DNA of 44,648 nt from an uncultured Candidatus Saccharibacteria bacterium (GCA_964433715.1 CAYSSL010000001.1:1-44648), one strand, 5' to 3'; counted from the stretch's first letter, positions 8,334-17,378 are shown. Notes: generated by a model not told the origin, from the letters alone. Made by a program: numbers and translations.

Positions 8334-8341
8334 AGACACCC

Positions 8342-10654
8342 TTAAGCGGAAGCAGATTTTGAAGTAGCATCGGCGGGGATATCTACCTCACATGTTCCCC
8401 CAGCACAAGCTAGTTCCTTCTTAACTTCTGTCTCATCATGTTTTTCGTAGCTCATAATCTTGGAAAAATCCATATCCGAAAATCCTTTGAGCATCTCATT
8501 ATAACGAGTCTCATCAATCTCTTCATATGGTGCAAGTTGATAAACGTGTTCAGAGCGAGGCAAGAAAGACAGACCACCAATCATATCCCAGTTTTCATAC
8601 AACCAATTGGCTACCACTATCCATTCCCCCTCACCAACTGAAATAGTAACAGATGGATTGTGCTCGGTATAAGCAGTTTTAACCATTTTCCAAAATTCCA
8701 ATTGGTCTAAAGCTGATACATCGTCTTTAAAAGTACTATTATCGGGCGCCTTCACCGGAAATTCCAAAACATAAGTTGTGGCATTATCCACCGACTGCCC
8801 CACCTCTGGATAATAAGGCACACCTTGGTCTTTTAACATCTTAAATAGCGAGTCGGTAGCTGAAATACGAATACGTCTAATATAGTAGCCAGAGTGCCGA
8901 GGATGCATACCAGATGAGGCATCAACTGTTTGTGACACTGTCCCAGACGGCTTAATACAAGTAATAGAAGTGGATTCATTTACCCCAAAACGCTTGGCAT
9001 ATTCACGGTTTATTTCAATAGATCTTTCTCTTAGCTTGTTCAACATCTCAGCGTTGCGCACAGCCGGACAATCCCACATTCCAGTAATAGACACCCCGAG
9101 TAAGCGTTCTTCCTCACAGTTTTGGCGCCATTCGTCTGACAAATATTTAAACTTGGTCAAAGTTGACTGATAAGTACCGAGGATTGTTGCAATCCGGATT
9201 TTCCTGAGTAGCGATTCCTCATTGTCGTCCGCCCGAGCTACCACTTCAGACAAGTTACAAAACTGTTTAGAGCGCAAGATAATCTCACCACAAGGATTGG
9301 TCCCAAACTGATCAATATGATTGGAAGATATTTTTTGACGGCGGGCTGGCAAAGTAGTCTTTAGACCCCCTCGGTTAAAGATACCTCGCTCACCTGTGCC
9401 AGCTTGCACCAAAGATGTCCATTCAGTTAAAAATTGGGAAGCGGTTGGTTTTTCGGTATAAACTGCCGAGTTGTTGGCTAGGCTTCTCTGGGGGTCAGTA
9501 ATCCAAAATAAACCTTTTTTAGCATCACGAATATCCTGATCATCTATGTCTGACAAGGAAATAAGGGCACTGCGACGCACTCCACCGGCCACCACAATTT
9601 CCCCAATTTTACAGATAATGTCATGAGCATCTAGGTTGGAAATACGTTTACCTTGGCGCCGCAAAACGCGCTCGCGCGCAAAAGCCAATAATTGACGAAG
9701 AGGCTCAGGACCCGAAGATTTACCTCCCATAGTCTTTAAACGGGCACCGGCTGGGCGCAACTGTGATAAATCAAAGTCTATATCTTTACCTTCATACCAA
9801 GTCTTAAGGCCAAGGGTAAGAGCATTGCACCAACCCTCTTTGGAATCATCAACAATCAAGGTGGGCAATTTCTCTCCCGTCTGGCGCTTAATAATTGGCA
9901 ACTGTTGGATATTCCAACTCTCGGCCGCAAAACCAGCCCCCGTACCGCACATAGATACGTACATAATCTCCGCAAAATCTTCCAACTTGGTTGGAGCAAT
10001 AAATGAACAGTTATAAGCACAAACATTAGTAGAGCGAGCGGCTTTGCCAGCAAATTGCAACAACCTCATAGAAGGCATAGCCTCCTGTTTCAAAATTGCC
10101 TGTCGCACCTCCTCGTATTCACCCTCAGACAATTTCTCGCCAAGATTTTCCTTCATAAAGTCCATATAGCGACCAACGGTCTCAATCCATGTCTCACGCC
10201 GATTTTCTTCTTCTATCCAATTAGCATAAGTCCGATAGTATACAAACTCGCCCAAAGGATTTTTAAAATACTGCTTACTGTTATGGACCAATTCCTTTAC
10301 ATGCTCAGGAATATCACCATGTTCACGTCTTGCTTCAGTCCGTCGTTCCCGATAAAGAATATAAGCTTTGGCGACAGTGGAAAACTGGCTCACAATAAGA
10401 CTTTTTTCAACCGCATCTTGTATCTCCTCAATCCCAGGTATATAGTCTTTTCCCGCCAAAGAAGCCGCCTTGGTACCCAATTCAGTAGACACCATTTCTG
10501 CCACCTTGAGAGAAGACGCTTCATCACCCTCACCTGTTGCCTTCATCGCTTTCCATATGGCATTACTGATTTTAGACAAATCAAACGGTACGATTGTCCC
10601 GTCCCGTTTGATAACATTTGATATCACAAATTTTTTGGGTGACTCTGGTGACAT
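8342..10654 (-). CDS. nrdJ: class II (adenosylcobalamin-dependent) ribonucleotide reductase with N-terminal ATP-cone
   Basis: 770 aa with an ATP-cone start (VIKRDGTIVPFDLSKISNAI), the active-site block TNPCGEI and a C-terminal Cys pair (CAGGTC). It is a single-chain enzyme with no nrdB or nrdG partner in the window. Confidence 0.85.
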   Translation of the reverse strand: MSPESPKKFVISNVIKRDGTIVPFDLSKISNAIWKAMKATGEGDEASSLKVAEMVSTELGTKAASLAGKDYIPGIEEIQDAVEKSLIVSQFSTVAKAYILYRERRTEARREHGDIPEHVKELVHNSKQYFKNPLGEFVYYRTYANWIEEENRRETWIETVGRYMDFMKENLGEKLSEGEYEEVRQAILKQEAMPSMRLLQFAGKAARSTNVCAYNCSFIAPTKLEDFAEIMYVSMCGTGAGFAAESWNIQQLPIIKRQTGEKLPTLIVDDSKEGWCNALTLGLKTWYEGKDIDFDLSQLRPAGARLKTMGGKSSGPEPLRQLLAFARERVLRRQGKRISNLDAHDIICKIGEIVVAGGVRRSALISLSDIDDQDIRDAKKGLFWITDPQRSLANNSAVYTEKPTASQFLTEWTSLVQAGTGERGIFNRGGLKTTLPARRQKISSNHIDQFGTNPCGEIILRSKQFCNLSEVVARADDNEESLLRKIRIATILGTYQSTLTKFKYLSDEWRQNCEEERLLGVSITGMWDCPAVRNAEMLNKLRERSIEINREYAKRFGVNESTSITCIKPSGTVSQTVDASSGMHPRHSGYYIRRIRISATDSLFKMLKDQGVPYYPEVGQSVDNATTYVLEFPVKAPDNSTFKDDVSALDQLEFWKMVKTAYTEHNPSVTISVGEGEWIVVANWLYENWDMIGGLSFLPRSEHVYQLAPYEEIDETRYNEMLKGFSDMDFSKIMSYEKHDETEVKKELACAGGTCEVDIPADATSKSASA

Positions 10655-10792
10655 AATAAATATTGAGGATAAAAATTGTTAATTGGTACTGGCTATTATA
10701 GTCCCCAGCGGCCAACCCGCCTAGATTTTTAGGGGATAAGTCTAGGTTAAAAACTATTTAAAAAACACTATAAAAAAAGTTTCAATAGAGAC

Positions 10793-10837
10793 AAAAAATG
10801 ACCGCTTAACAACAAGACATTTAGCGGTCATTTTTTG
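10793..10837 (-). terminator. terminator after the VKOR/DsbA pair
   Basis: atgaccgct (10798-10806) pairs with agcggtcat (10823-10831). A-run and T-run flank it on either side. Confidence 0.65.
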
Positions 10838-10883
10838 GAAAAAAACCTAAAAGATAAACTAGAAATTAGTAGCCTAAAAAGAT

Positions 10884-11318
10884 TTAGGTTCTACTAGGTA
10901 GGCGGTACACCAGTACGCTGGTGATAAATATAAGCAAGGTATTTAGAGCCGAAATAAGACAATAAGTACAGTAGGCGTCTAGAATAAAAGCCTGAACATA
11001 AAGAAACCACCCCGAGAAAGCAAGACCTAGTCCAGCCCAGACAAGCAAAGAACGCCTAAATTTTAAACTAAAATCCTCAGCCACTAGAAACACTCCAACA
11101 AATAAAGTCGAGTAAAACAACAGGCCAAGTAGGGCGGCTGGAATTACCCCCAAGACCATTGAGTAAGAGCTGGTGATAACCGTGTCACATCCTTCCGCCA
11201 AAATACACTTTACTGTCCCTCCCACATAATGTTTGGCTACCAAATAAGCCGTATCCAAAATCCCCACCAAGCCAAGGGCCAGTAGAGTATAGGACAATCT
11301 TTTCGGATTTGTACTCAT
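10884..11318 (-). CDS. vitamin K epoxide reductase (VKOR) family membrane protein
   Basis: 144 aa with 4 TM helices, a loop Cys pair (KCILAEGC) and a CxxC in the last helix (CTYC). Confidence 0.8.
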   Translation of the reverse strand: MSTNPKRLSYTLLALGLVGILDTAYLVAKHYVGGTVKCILAEGCDTVITSSYSMVLGVIPAALLGLLFYSTLFVGVFLVAEDFSLKFRRSLLVWAGLGLAFSGWFLYVQAFILDAYCTYCLISALNTLLIFITSVLVYRLPSRT

Positions 11319-11319
11319 C

Positions 11320-12069
11320 TTATTGGGTGAAAGTAGTAGTAACCGATGAACTTGTGGCCTGAATAGACACTAGTTCTTTTTCAAACAAAGCCTCAAACTC
11401 TTCGTCGGTATTAGCTTCAACATAGCGACCGTTTAGATAGAAAGTTGGTGTACCTATTACCCCCGCCTGTTTACCAGACAAGAGGTCGCTCTGAATTTTA
11501 TCAATCGTCGCTTTAGCTTCTATATCAGCCACAAATTTTACTAAATCAAGATTTAGAGTTTTGGCGTAATCAGTAAATAAATCAGTAGCATCGGACAAGG
11601 TCATAACCGCCCACTTTTCCTGATTATCAAATATGAGATCGTGCATCTCCCAAAATTTACCTTGGGTACTAGCCGCTTCCGTGACCTTAGCCGCCAAAGT
11701 CGCCTTATTGTGCTGAGCTAGAGGAAAATGACGATAAACCAAAACCAAGCCACGATCAGCATAGGTAGAAACTAATTTGCGAACCGTCGGCTCATAGCCA
11801 GCACAAGCCGGACACTGAAAATCGCTATATTCTACTAAAACTAGCTTGGGACTAGTGGTAGCCCCTTTAACGTGATCCCCCTCGGTAATAGGTGCCACTT
11901 TTCCCAAATTCCCAGCTCCCCCGTCCGAACGCGAACTCACCCAAACCAGCCCAAAAATTAGAGCAATTATTAAAGCTAAAAACACGATAATTCCTAGACT
12001 CTTTCTAATTGACCGCTGGCGAGACTTCCGCTCATCCCGCTCTCTTTTTGATTCTTTTGTAATATCCAT
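11320..12069 (-). CDS. DsbA-family thioredoxin-fold oxidoreductase (membrane anchored)
   Basis: 249 aa with an N-terminal TM helix, the CPAC active site (FQCPACAGY) and a cis-Pro region GTPTFYLNG. It lies 1 nt upstream of the VKOR gene. Confidence 0.8.
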   Translation of the reverse strand: MDITKESKRERDERKSRQRSIRKSLGIIVFLALIIALIFGLVWVSSRSDGGAGNLGKVAPITEGDHVKGATTSPKLVLVEYSDFQCPACAGYEPTVRKLVSTYADRGLVLVYRHFPLAQHNKATLAAKVTEAASTQGKFWEMHDLIFDNQEKWAVMTLSDATDLFTDYAKTLNLDLVKFVADIEAKATIDKIQSDLLSGKQAGVIGTPTFYLNGRYVEANTDEEFEALFEKELVSIQATSSSVTTTFTQ

Positions 12070-12123
12070 ATTTGGTTAGTTTAGCATAAAAAATAATTAA
12101 ATTAAGTTAACAAAAACATTAAT

Positions 12124-12150
12124 CCCCCGAGCGCCTGCGGCGCTCGGGGG
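12124..12150 (-). terminator. GC-rich 12-bp perfect hairpin downstream of the DUF1653 gene
   Basis: cccccgagcgcc - tgc - ggcgctcggggg. The T-run on the minus transcript starts only about 6 nt after the stem. Confidence 0.45.
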
Positions 12151-12197
12151 GAGAAGACTTTGAAGATCTACTGAATTTATGAAATTTTATATCTCAC

Positions 12198-12551
12198 CTA
12201 AGGATACATCTCGCCCCGAACCTTCTCGAGCTCAGCAATGACCGCTGGATCAACGATCTTCTGGAAGCGCGGAAACTTCTTGCCATCTTTCTCAACATCT
12301 TCCATCCACATCTCAAGAGGACGGTTATCGAAGCATGGGATACCAAGATTTTTTGAAGCTTTGTAAACACCTGCTTCGTACAAAGGACGGTAGACAAGAA
12401 AGTGAGCCTCACCGGGACGAGCATCATCCTCCGTATGAAAGCCGACCCCCACCACTTCGTAGGCGTAGTTGTTCACCGGCCCGTTCGGATCATGCTTGTA
12501 ATGATAGTAAAAGCCTGACTCCGGCACTCGTTGTGGTATAGGTAATGACAT
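12198..12551 (-). CDS. DUF1653-like small protein
   Basis: 117 aa. The pattern YYHYKHD....YAYEVVGVGFHTE......VYRPLY resembles the DUF1653 signature. The gene is visibly GC-richer than its surroundings (32/60 G+C at 12201-12260 by hand count). Confidence 0.6.
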   Translation of the reverse strand: MSLPIPQRVPESGFYYHYKHDPNGPVNNYAYEVVGVGFHTEDDARPGEAHFLVYRPLYEAGVYKASKNLGIPCFDNRPLEMWMEDVEKDGKKFPRFQKIVDPAVIAELEKVRGEMYP

Positions 12552-12648
12552 ATGTTTTTCCTTTTGTTTGTTTCTCTGACAATCTTAACTTAAATGCCTG
12601 ATATTGAGAAATTTGAATTCTCAACATGTATCCGACAAAAAAGACTGT

Positions 12649-12827
12649 TGGCGGAGGCGGAGGGATTCGGTCAGGAATATTTTTCTCGCCGTCGCTCGAA
12701 AATTTTCACGACCCTGCCTCGGCAACGACCGCTACTGCGGTCGGCTTCGCGCCTGCGGCTTTCAAATCCCTCCGCCTCATCGCAAAATATAGTCGACCAA
12801 AGGCTTTGCTTTGGTTTCCTTATTTTG
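12649..12827 (-). other. structured module downstream of tRNA-Ser: conserved trailer, then a GC-rich core bracketed by inverted and direct (CCA-bearing) copies of the tRNA-Ser 3' end
   Basis: The reverse complement of 12649-12669 is CGAATCCCTCCGCCTCCGCCA, i.e. the tRNA-Ser 3' end plus discriminator plus CCA. 12761-12778 (ttcaaatccctccgcctc) is a 17/18 inverted copy of the T-loop/acceptor 3' strand. The trailer 12779-12827 is homologous to 864-913. Confidence 0.6.
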
Positions 12828-12914
12828 CGGAGGCGGAGGGATTCGAACCCTCGAAGGGGTTGCCCCCTTACACGCTTTCCAAGCGTGCGCACTAGACCAC
12901 TATGCGACGCCTCC
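12828..12914 (-). tRNA. tRNA-Ser (anticodon GGA)
   Basis: The reverse complement begins GGAGGCGTCGCATAGTGG. The anticodon stem CACGC/GCGTG carries loop TTGGAAA. A long variable arm (GGGGGCAACCCC) is present. The T arm is GAGGG-TTCGAAT-CCCTC and the acceptor 3' strand is CGCCTCC plus G. The gene is followed by CAAAA, so CCA is not encoded. Confidence 0.9.
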
Positions 12915-12993
12915 ATGGTTCACTTTAGATAAAAAGTAACTACGGCTTAATAAGCCAATATCGCCTTTTTATGTTTGCCAGATTAGCACAAAT

Positions 12994-13872
12994 TTAAGAG
13001 TTGGGAAGACCGGGGTCACAACTCTTGGGACTAAAATCTACCAAATTTACAAATATCACCAACAAAACTGTCGCCATAAACAATGACGGGCCAAACATCC
13101 CATCCCAAATAAAAGCAAAGAAAAAGGATATTAGTAGGGGTAAAGTAACCGCATGGAGAGTAAGGCGATAAGCCTCGCCAAAACGCACCCGCCGGCCAAT
13201 GATTTTTTGTGCCAAAAATAGTAGCACCCAAGCCAAAAAGGCGACTACCGCTAGAGGCAACAATAGGAAAAAAAGTAAAAACATAAAAAGAATAAAAATG
13301 GACAACACCAAGACTGGAGCGACCATCACATACCACGGACGTACAGCATTAAAAAATCCAGCTATTTTAGCTTCAGTCAAAGTAAAATCCATATCCTCAT
13401 CATAAGGTAATATTTTTATCGTACCCCGACTATTGTCTGGTCCAACCAAACCATCCTTAGCCAAAAGAACAAAGGCTTTTTTAGCACGATAGACCTCTAA
13501 AGTGGCCGGGCTAGCTGTATCTATTACCACCAAGTGTTCAAATTGGAAATCCCCCATCACCTTATTATCATTAGTCCAGCCTTTGGGAATAGGAATAATC
13601 ACTTCATCCTTAATATTTTTTTGAAGTTCACCAGCTGCCACCCGAAGCTCAAGCGTATCCGGAAAAGACTCCATAATACTGTTTTCCATCTGCCACAAAC
13701 CAGCATTTATTTTAGGAACCACCGCAATCGCAAACAAAACCGAGCTGACCAAAGCAATAACCGCCGCTAATTTAAAATAATAGCTAACAGAATAACCAAA
13801 GGTTTGACTAAAGATGCCTCGGTAAAAGGTTGGGCTATAAATACTATTTCTTAAATCTTGGAAAAAGTTCAT
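12994..13872 (-). CDS. polytopic membrane protein (possibly DUF1189-like)
   Basis: 292 aa with one N-terminal TM helix, a soluble middle part and several C-terminal TM helices. The family name is a weak recollection. The ORF itself looks solid. Confidence 0.55.
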   Translation of the reverse strand: MNFFQDLRNSIYSPTFYRGIFSQTFGYSVSYYFKLAAVIALVSSVLFAIAVVPKINAGLWQMENSIMESFPDTLELRVAAGELQKNIKDEVIIPIPKGWTNDNKVMGDFQFEHLVVIDTASPATLEVYRAKKAFVLLAKDGLVGPDNSRGTIKILPYDEDMDFTLTEAKIAGFFNAVRPWYVMVAPVLVLSIFILFMFLLFFLLLPLAVVAFLAWVLLFLAQKIIGRRVRFGEAYRLTLHAVTLPLLISFFFAFIWDGMFGPSLFMATVLLVIFVNLVDFSPKSCDPGLPNS

Positions 13873-13875
13873 GTT

Positions 13876-14205
13876 TTATTTAATTTTACCTTCAGGATAA
13901 AAAAGATTATTTAAATGGTCAACCATATAACCTCTAAATAACCCTCGCGAAGCATTTTCTTGAGCAAACACTTCGGCGCTATAGTCACGAAACTCAGTCA
14001 AAGTAAGTCCTTCGCCTGTGGCTAAATATTGCTTATATTTTTCCCACATTAAAAGATCGGTCTCGGTTAAATCATTTTCATTTACATTTTTAGAATTAGG
14101 ATTTGGACTTAAGGTAAGTTTTTCTTTTATTTCCTTCCGCAAATACCCCCATTCTGCATCACTATTTTCTAAATCTGACCCATTATAGTTTTCGTTGTTT
14201 GACAT
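13876..14205 (-). CDS. hypothetical acidic protein
   Basis: 109-aa ORF tightly packed between neighbouring genes (3-nt and 6-nt gaps). No recognisable motif. Confidence 0.55.
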   Translation of the reverse strand: MSNNENYNGSDLENSDAEWGYLRKEIKEKLTLSPNPNSKNVNENDLTETDLLMWEKYKQYLATGEGLTLTEFRDYSAEVFAQENASRGLFRGYMVDHLNNLFYPEGKIK

Positions 14206-14211
14206 ATTTTT

Positions 14212-15102
14212 TTATTCTACGCTCATACCCCGCAGGGCCGCAAGGCGTTCCTCTACTGGCGGGTGGGTAAGAAATAATTTGTGTAAAGCACTGGTCTTGC
14301 CCCCAAACGGGTTAGCAATATACAGATGAGCGGTCGCATTGTTGGCGCGAGCCACCGGCACCCCACTTTTAGCTATTTTTTCCAAAGCCAAGGCTAGCCC
14401 CTCTGGGTAGCGAGTGAGTAGCGCCCCCGAGGCATCGGCCAAAAACTCGCGCTTGCGAGAAATTGCCAACTGGATAAGACTAGCCGCGATGGGCGCCAAA
14501 ATCGCGAGCACGATACCAATCACAATCAAAATCGCATTACCTTTACTATCTCTGTCTCCCCCTCCAGAAAAAGAAAAACGTAAAAAGAAGTCTGACAAGA
14601 TCGCCACAAACCCGACCAGTACCACCACGACCGTTGAAAGCAACATATCGCGGTTACCAATATGGGCGAGCTCGTGCGCCACCACACCTTCTAGTTCATT
14701 TTTTTCCAGAATGGCTAGTAGCCCCGTGGTCGCTGCCACCACTGCATGCTCCTTGTCACGACCGGTCGCAAAAGCATTTGGTGATGGGTCGTCTACGACA
14801 TAAAGTTTCGGCATCGGTAATCCGGCGGTAATGGCGAGATTTTCAGTTACAGTGTATAGGTCAAAAAATTCTTCTCTTGTTGCCGGCCGAGCGCCAGCCA
14901 TTTTTAACACAATTTTGTCCGACCACCAGTAGCTCGCCACGTTCATAATAAGACTAAAAGCAACAGCGACAGGCAAAAGCCACGGCAGGTCTAAAGTAAA
15001 ACCAAAGTACCAACCAAGACCGATCACTACCACCAAAAAGCCAGTCATTAAAAGCCAAGTCTTGGTAACATTTTTAGATTGTTCAGTATACAAAGTCGCC
15101 AT
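14212..15102 (-). CDS. htpX: M48 zinc metalloprotease HtpX
   Basis: 296 aa with the HELAHI (HExxH) motif, 4 TM segments and typical HtpX N- and C-terminal blocks. Confidence 0.9.
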   Translation of the reverse strand: MATLYTEQSKNVTKTWLLMTGFLVVVIGLGWYFGFTLDLPWLLPVAVAFSLIMNVASYWWSDKIVLKMAGARPATREEFFDLYTVTENLAITAGLPMPKLYVVDDPSPNAFATGRDKEHAVVAATTGLLAILEKNELEGVVAHELAHIGNRDMLLSTVVVVLVGFVAILSDFFLRFSFSGGGDRDSKGNAILIVIGIVLAILAPIAASLIQLAISRKREFLADASGALLTRYPEGLALALEKIAKSGVPVARANNATAHLYIANPFGGKTSALHKLFLTHPPVEERLAALRGMSVE

Positions 15103-15146
15103 CGTCCCTAAATTAAACCATTTTAAAGGAAAAAGAAAAGGCCAGC

Positions 15147-15181
15147 AAAAACCACCCCCAGTCTTACTGGGGGTGGTTTTT
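15147..15181. terminator. bidirectional terminator after lemA
   Basis: aaaaaccaccccc / gggggtggttttt, a 13-bp stem with a 9-nt loop. Confidence 0.8.
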
Positions 15182-15196
15182 GCTGTTTGTATTTTT

Positions 15197-15760
15197 CTAA
15201 AACTTCACCTCCACTGGTTGGCGAGCTACCTCTTCCCCAGCTTCTAGCTCAAAAAACTCTCGTTTAGCAAATCTAAAAATACCAGCAATAATATTGGACG
15301 GGAAACTTTCAATCTTGGTGTTTAGGTCACGAACATTGCCGTTGTAAAAACGACGAGCGGCTTGAATTTTGTTTTCCGTATCACTTAATTCTCGTTGTAA
15401 TTCCAGAAAATTTGTATTGGCTTTCAAATCGGGATAGCTTTCCGACACCGCAAACAGCGACTTGAGCGCCCCACTAAGCATATTTTCTGCTTGTTCTTGC
15501 TCTTTCACCGAACCAGCATTCATCGCAGCTGTACGTGCCTCGGTTACCTTTTCCAGCGTCCCCGCTTCATGAGCCGCATAACCTTTTACCGTATTAACCA
15601 AATTAGGAATAAGGTCATAGCGCCGCTTTAGCTGAACATCAATATCCGCCCAAGCTTCTTTGGTGCGATTGACCAAAGTGACAAAACCATTATAAGCCAT
15701 CGCTAGCCACAAAACGACAACCACCACCAAACCAATAACGATATAAATAAGGATATCCAT
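15197..15760 (-). CDS. lemA: LemA family protein
   Basis: 187 aa with an N-terminal TM helix and LemA blocks (YNGFV..., RRYDLIPNLV, ESYPDLKAN, RRFYN). Confidence 0.9.
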   Translation of the reverse strand: MDILIYIVIGLVVVVVLWLAMAYNGFVTLVNRTKEAWADIDVQLKRRYDLIPNLVNTVKGYAAHEAGTLEKVTEARTAAMNAGSVKEQEQAENMLSGALKSLFAVSESYPDLKANTNFLELQRELSDTENKIQAARRFYNGNVRDLNTKIESFPSNIIAGIFRFAKREFFELEAGEEVARQPVEVKF

Positions 15761-15830
15761 GGTAAAAATTTAATTATTTAACTACAAAATTAATCTTATA
15801 TATTATACAATCTATAATATAAATATCAAG

Positions 15831-17327
15831 ATGAATTTAGTTAACACTATAATTAAAAAAATTAAGTCTGGTGGGTCTAAAAATCCAATATTATTGCTGT
15901 TTTTATCGACTATTTGTTCTGCTGTAGTCTATGACTTAGAGGGACCTGAAAGTGCTTTGGTCATCTTATTCTTTATCCCGATAATCAGCCTAGTGCTAAA
16001 TTGGAAGGGCTCAAAACTTTCATTGTTTTTTTCTTACTGGCTGGCGGGGACAATCTACCTAATCTATATCCTAAGATGGCATCTAGATACTTGGCCTTTA
16101 GATTCGATAGCCATCTATAATGACAATATCGCTTGGCTTATGATTATCTATAGCTGGCTAACACCCGCAATTATTGCCGGTATCTTGTGGGGCCTATGGT
16201 CTTTGGCTGTATATCAATTTCGTCATAAATCCACTTTTTTTCTAGCTATATTTATTACAGCGAGTTTTTTCGTCATAGAATTTGCCCGCTCTGTATTATT
16301 TTCTATCGTCTGGCTGGGATCAGAATCCTCAATCGGAGACCACCTATCTTACGGAGCATTAGGTTATGCTTTATCTGATGTTAGTATTCTCTCAACCCCA
16401 GCCTTCTTAATCGGGGTCTATGGCCTAAGTTCCCTAGCTATTTTTATAACCTATATCTTATATATCTGTCTTCTACGAGAAAAACCAAACGAATTTAGTA
16501 TCAAAATAGTTTTAGTGGTTTTATTGTCTATACTTATTATTTTGTATTATTACAACCAGAATTTTCGTATACCAAAAAATTATTTAAGTCAGACTAATAT
16601 ATTAGCAGTATCCACCCCCACAAAAACTACCCCCTCCCTCTTACTCCAGAAAGCCATAAGCAATAACCCCAATCTGGATATAATAGTATTACCCGAAGAT
16701 TCATCTCTTTTTGCTAGAGAAAGGAGTTTTAGCGATAAAGAATGGCAAGTTTTCTTTAGAAAAATACCAACTGAAAAAAGCTTATCGATTATTGACTCTG
16801 ATCATCTTATTTTTTCTAAGTCCAACAAACAGGCGAGTGTCGCTTACCAAATATTCAATCATAAACCCTATATTGGATCATTCTCAGAAAAAATGGTTCT
16901 AGCTCCTCATGGAGAATATATTCCTTATTTTACTTCATTTATTCTTAAGCTTGGAGGGCAAAACGAGTTACTAAAAACGTATCGCAAGAGGAGAGAATTA
17001 GTGTCAGGAAGAATAACTAATCCAATGACAATAAATAATAAAGAAATTTTTATAGTACTGTGTTCCGAAATTATGTCCACCAAACGACTACGTCAGACAG
17101 GTAGTAATTCGCTGATAATTAATATGTCCTCATACGACTGGTTCTCAAGTGGGAGCTCTCTATACAGACAAACTAAAAAAGCATCAAAAATTCAAGCTGT
17201 TATTAAAAATAGTTACATTCTACACACCAATGATACAGAACCATCTTATTTAATAAATCCAAAAGGAAAAGACATCTTACATAAAAACACCGATACTATT
17301 AATGGTTATCTATATCAATTACCATAA
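15831..17327 (+). CDS. lnt: apolipoprotein N-acyltransferase-like (CN-hydrolase) membrane protein
   Basis: 498 aa with a multi-TM N-terminal half. The C-terminal half has an Lnt-like E/K/C arrangement: IVLPEDS, SEKMVLAPHGEYIPY and IVLCSEI. The gene is AT-rich. Confidence 0.7.
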   Translation: MNLVNTIIKKIKSGGSKNPILLLFLSTICSAVVYDLEGPESALVILFFIPIISLVLNWKGSKLSLFFSYWLAGTIYLIYILRWHLDTWPLDSIAIYNDNIAWLMIIYSWLTPAIIAGILWGLWSLAVYQFRHKSTFFLAIFITASFFVIEFARSVLFSIVWLGSESSIGDHLSYGALGYALSDVSILSTPAFLIGVYGLSSLAIFITYILYICLLREKPNEFSIKIVLVVLLSILIILYYYNQNFRIPKNYLSQTNILAVSTPTKTTPSLLLQKAISNNPNLDIIVLPEDSSLFARERSFSDKEWQVFFRKIPTEKSLSIIDSDHLIFSKSNKQASVAYQIFNHKPYIGSFSEKMVLAPHGEYIPYFTSFILKLGGQNELLKTYRKRRELVSGRITNPMTINNKEIFIVLCSEIMSTKRLRQTGSNSLIINMSSYDWFSSGSSLYRQTKKASKIQAVIKNSYILHTNDTEPSYLINPKGKDILHKNTDTINGYLYQLP

Positions 17328-17330
17328 ATT

Positions 17331-17355
17331 AAAAGGGTCCAAACTGGACCCTTTT
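17331..17355. terminator. bidirectional terminator between convergent genes
   Basis: aaaagggtcc - aaact - ggaccctttt. Confidence 0.8.
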
Positions 17356-17378
17356 AATTACAACCTAAAAAATGTTTA

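Noticed and set aside
10055-10621. 188-aa plus-strand ORF, and other antisense ORFs inside nrdJ
   Set aside because: It is antisense to a strongly supported RNR gene. It has low-complexity composition and no start signals.
10655-10790. Cobalamin riboswitch or NrdR boxes upstream of nrdJ
   Set aside because: The leader is too short for a B12 riboswitch, and I found no B12-box-like GCCACTG core. Only a weak half-site-like 'cactata' is present. No paired NrdR boxes are visible.
12594-12932. Overlapping ORFs on both strands (62-112 aa) across the tRNA-Ser locus
   Set aside because: They overlap the tRNA and its module, are mutually exclusive and are Arg-rich. All are consistent with chance ORFs in GC-rich structured DNA.
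14414-14803. 129-aa plus-strand ORF
   Set aside because: It is antisense to htpX, which has an unambiguous HExxH protease signature.
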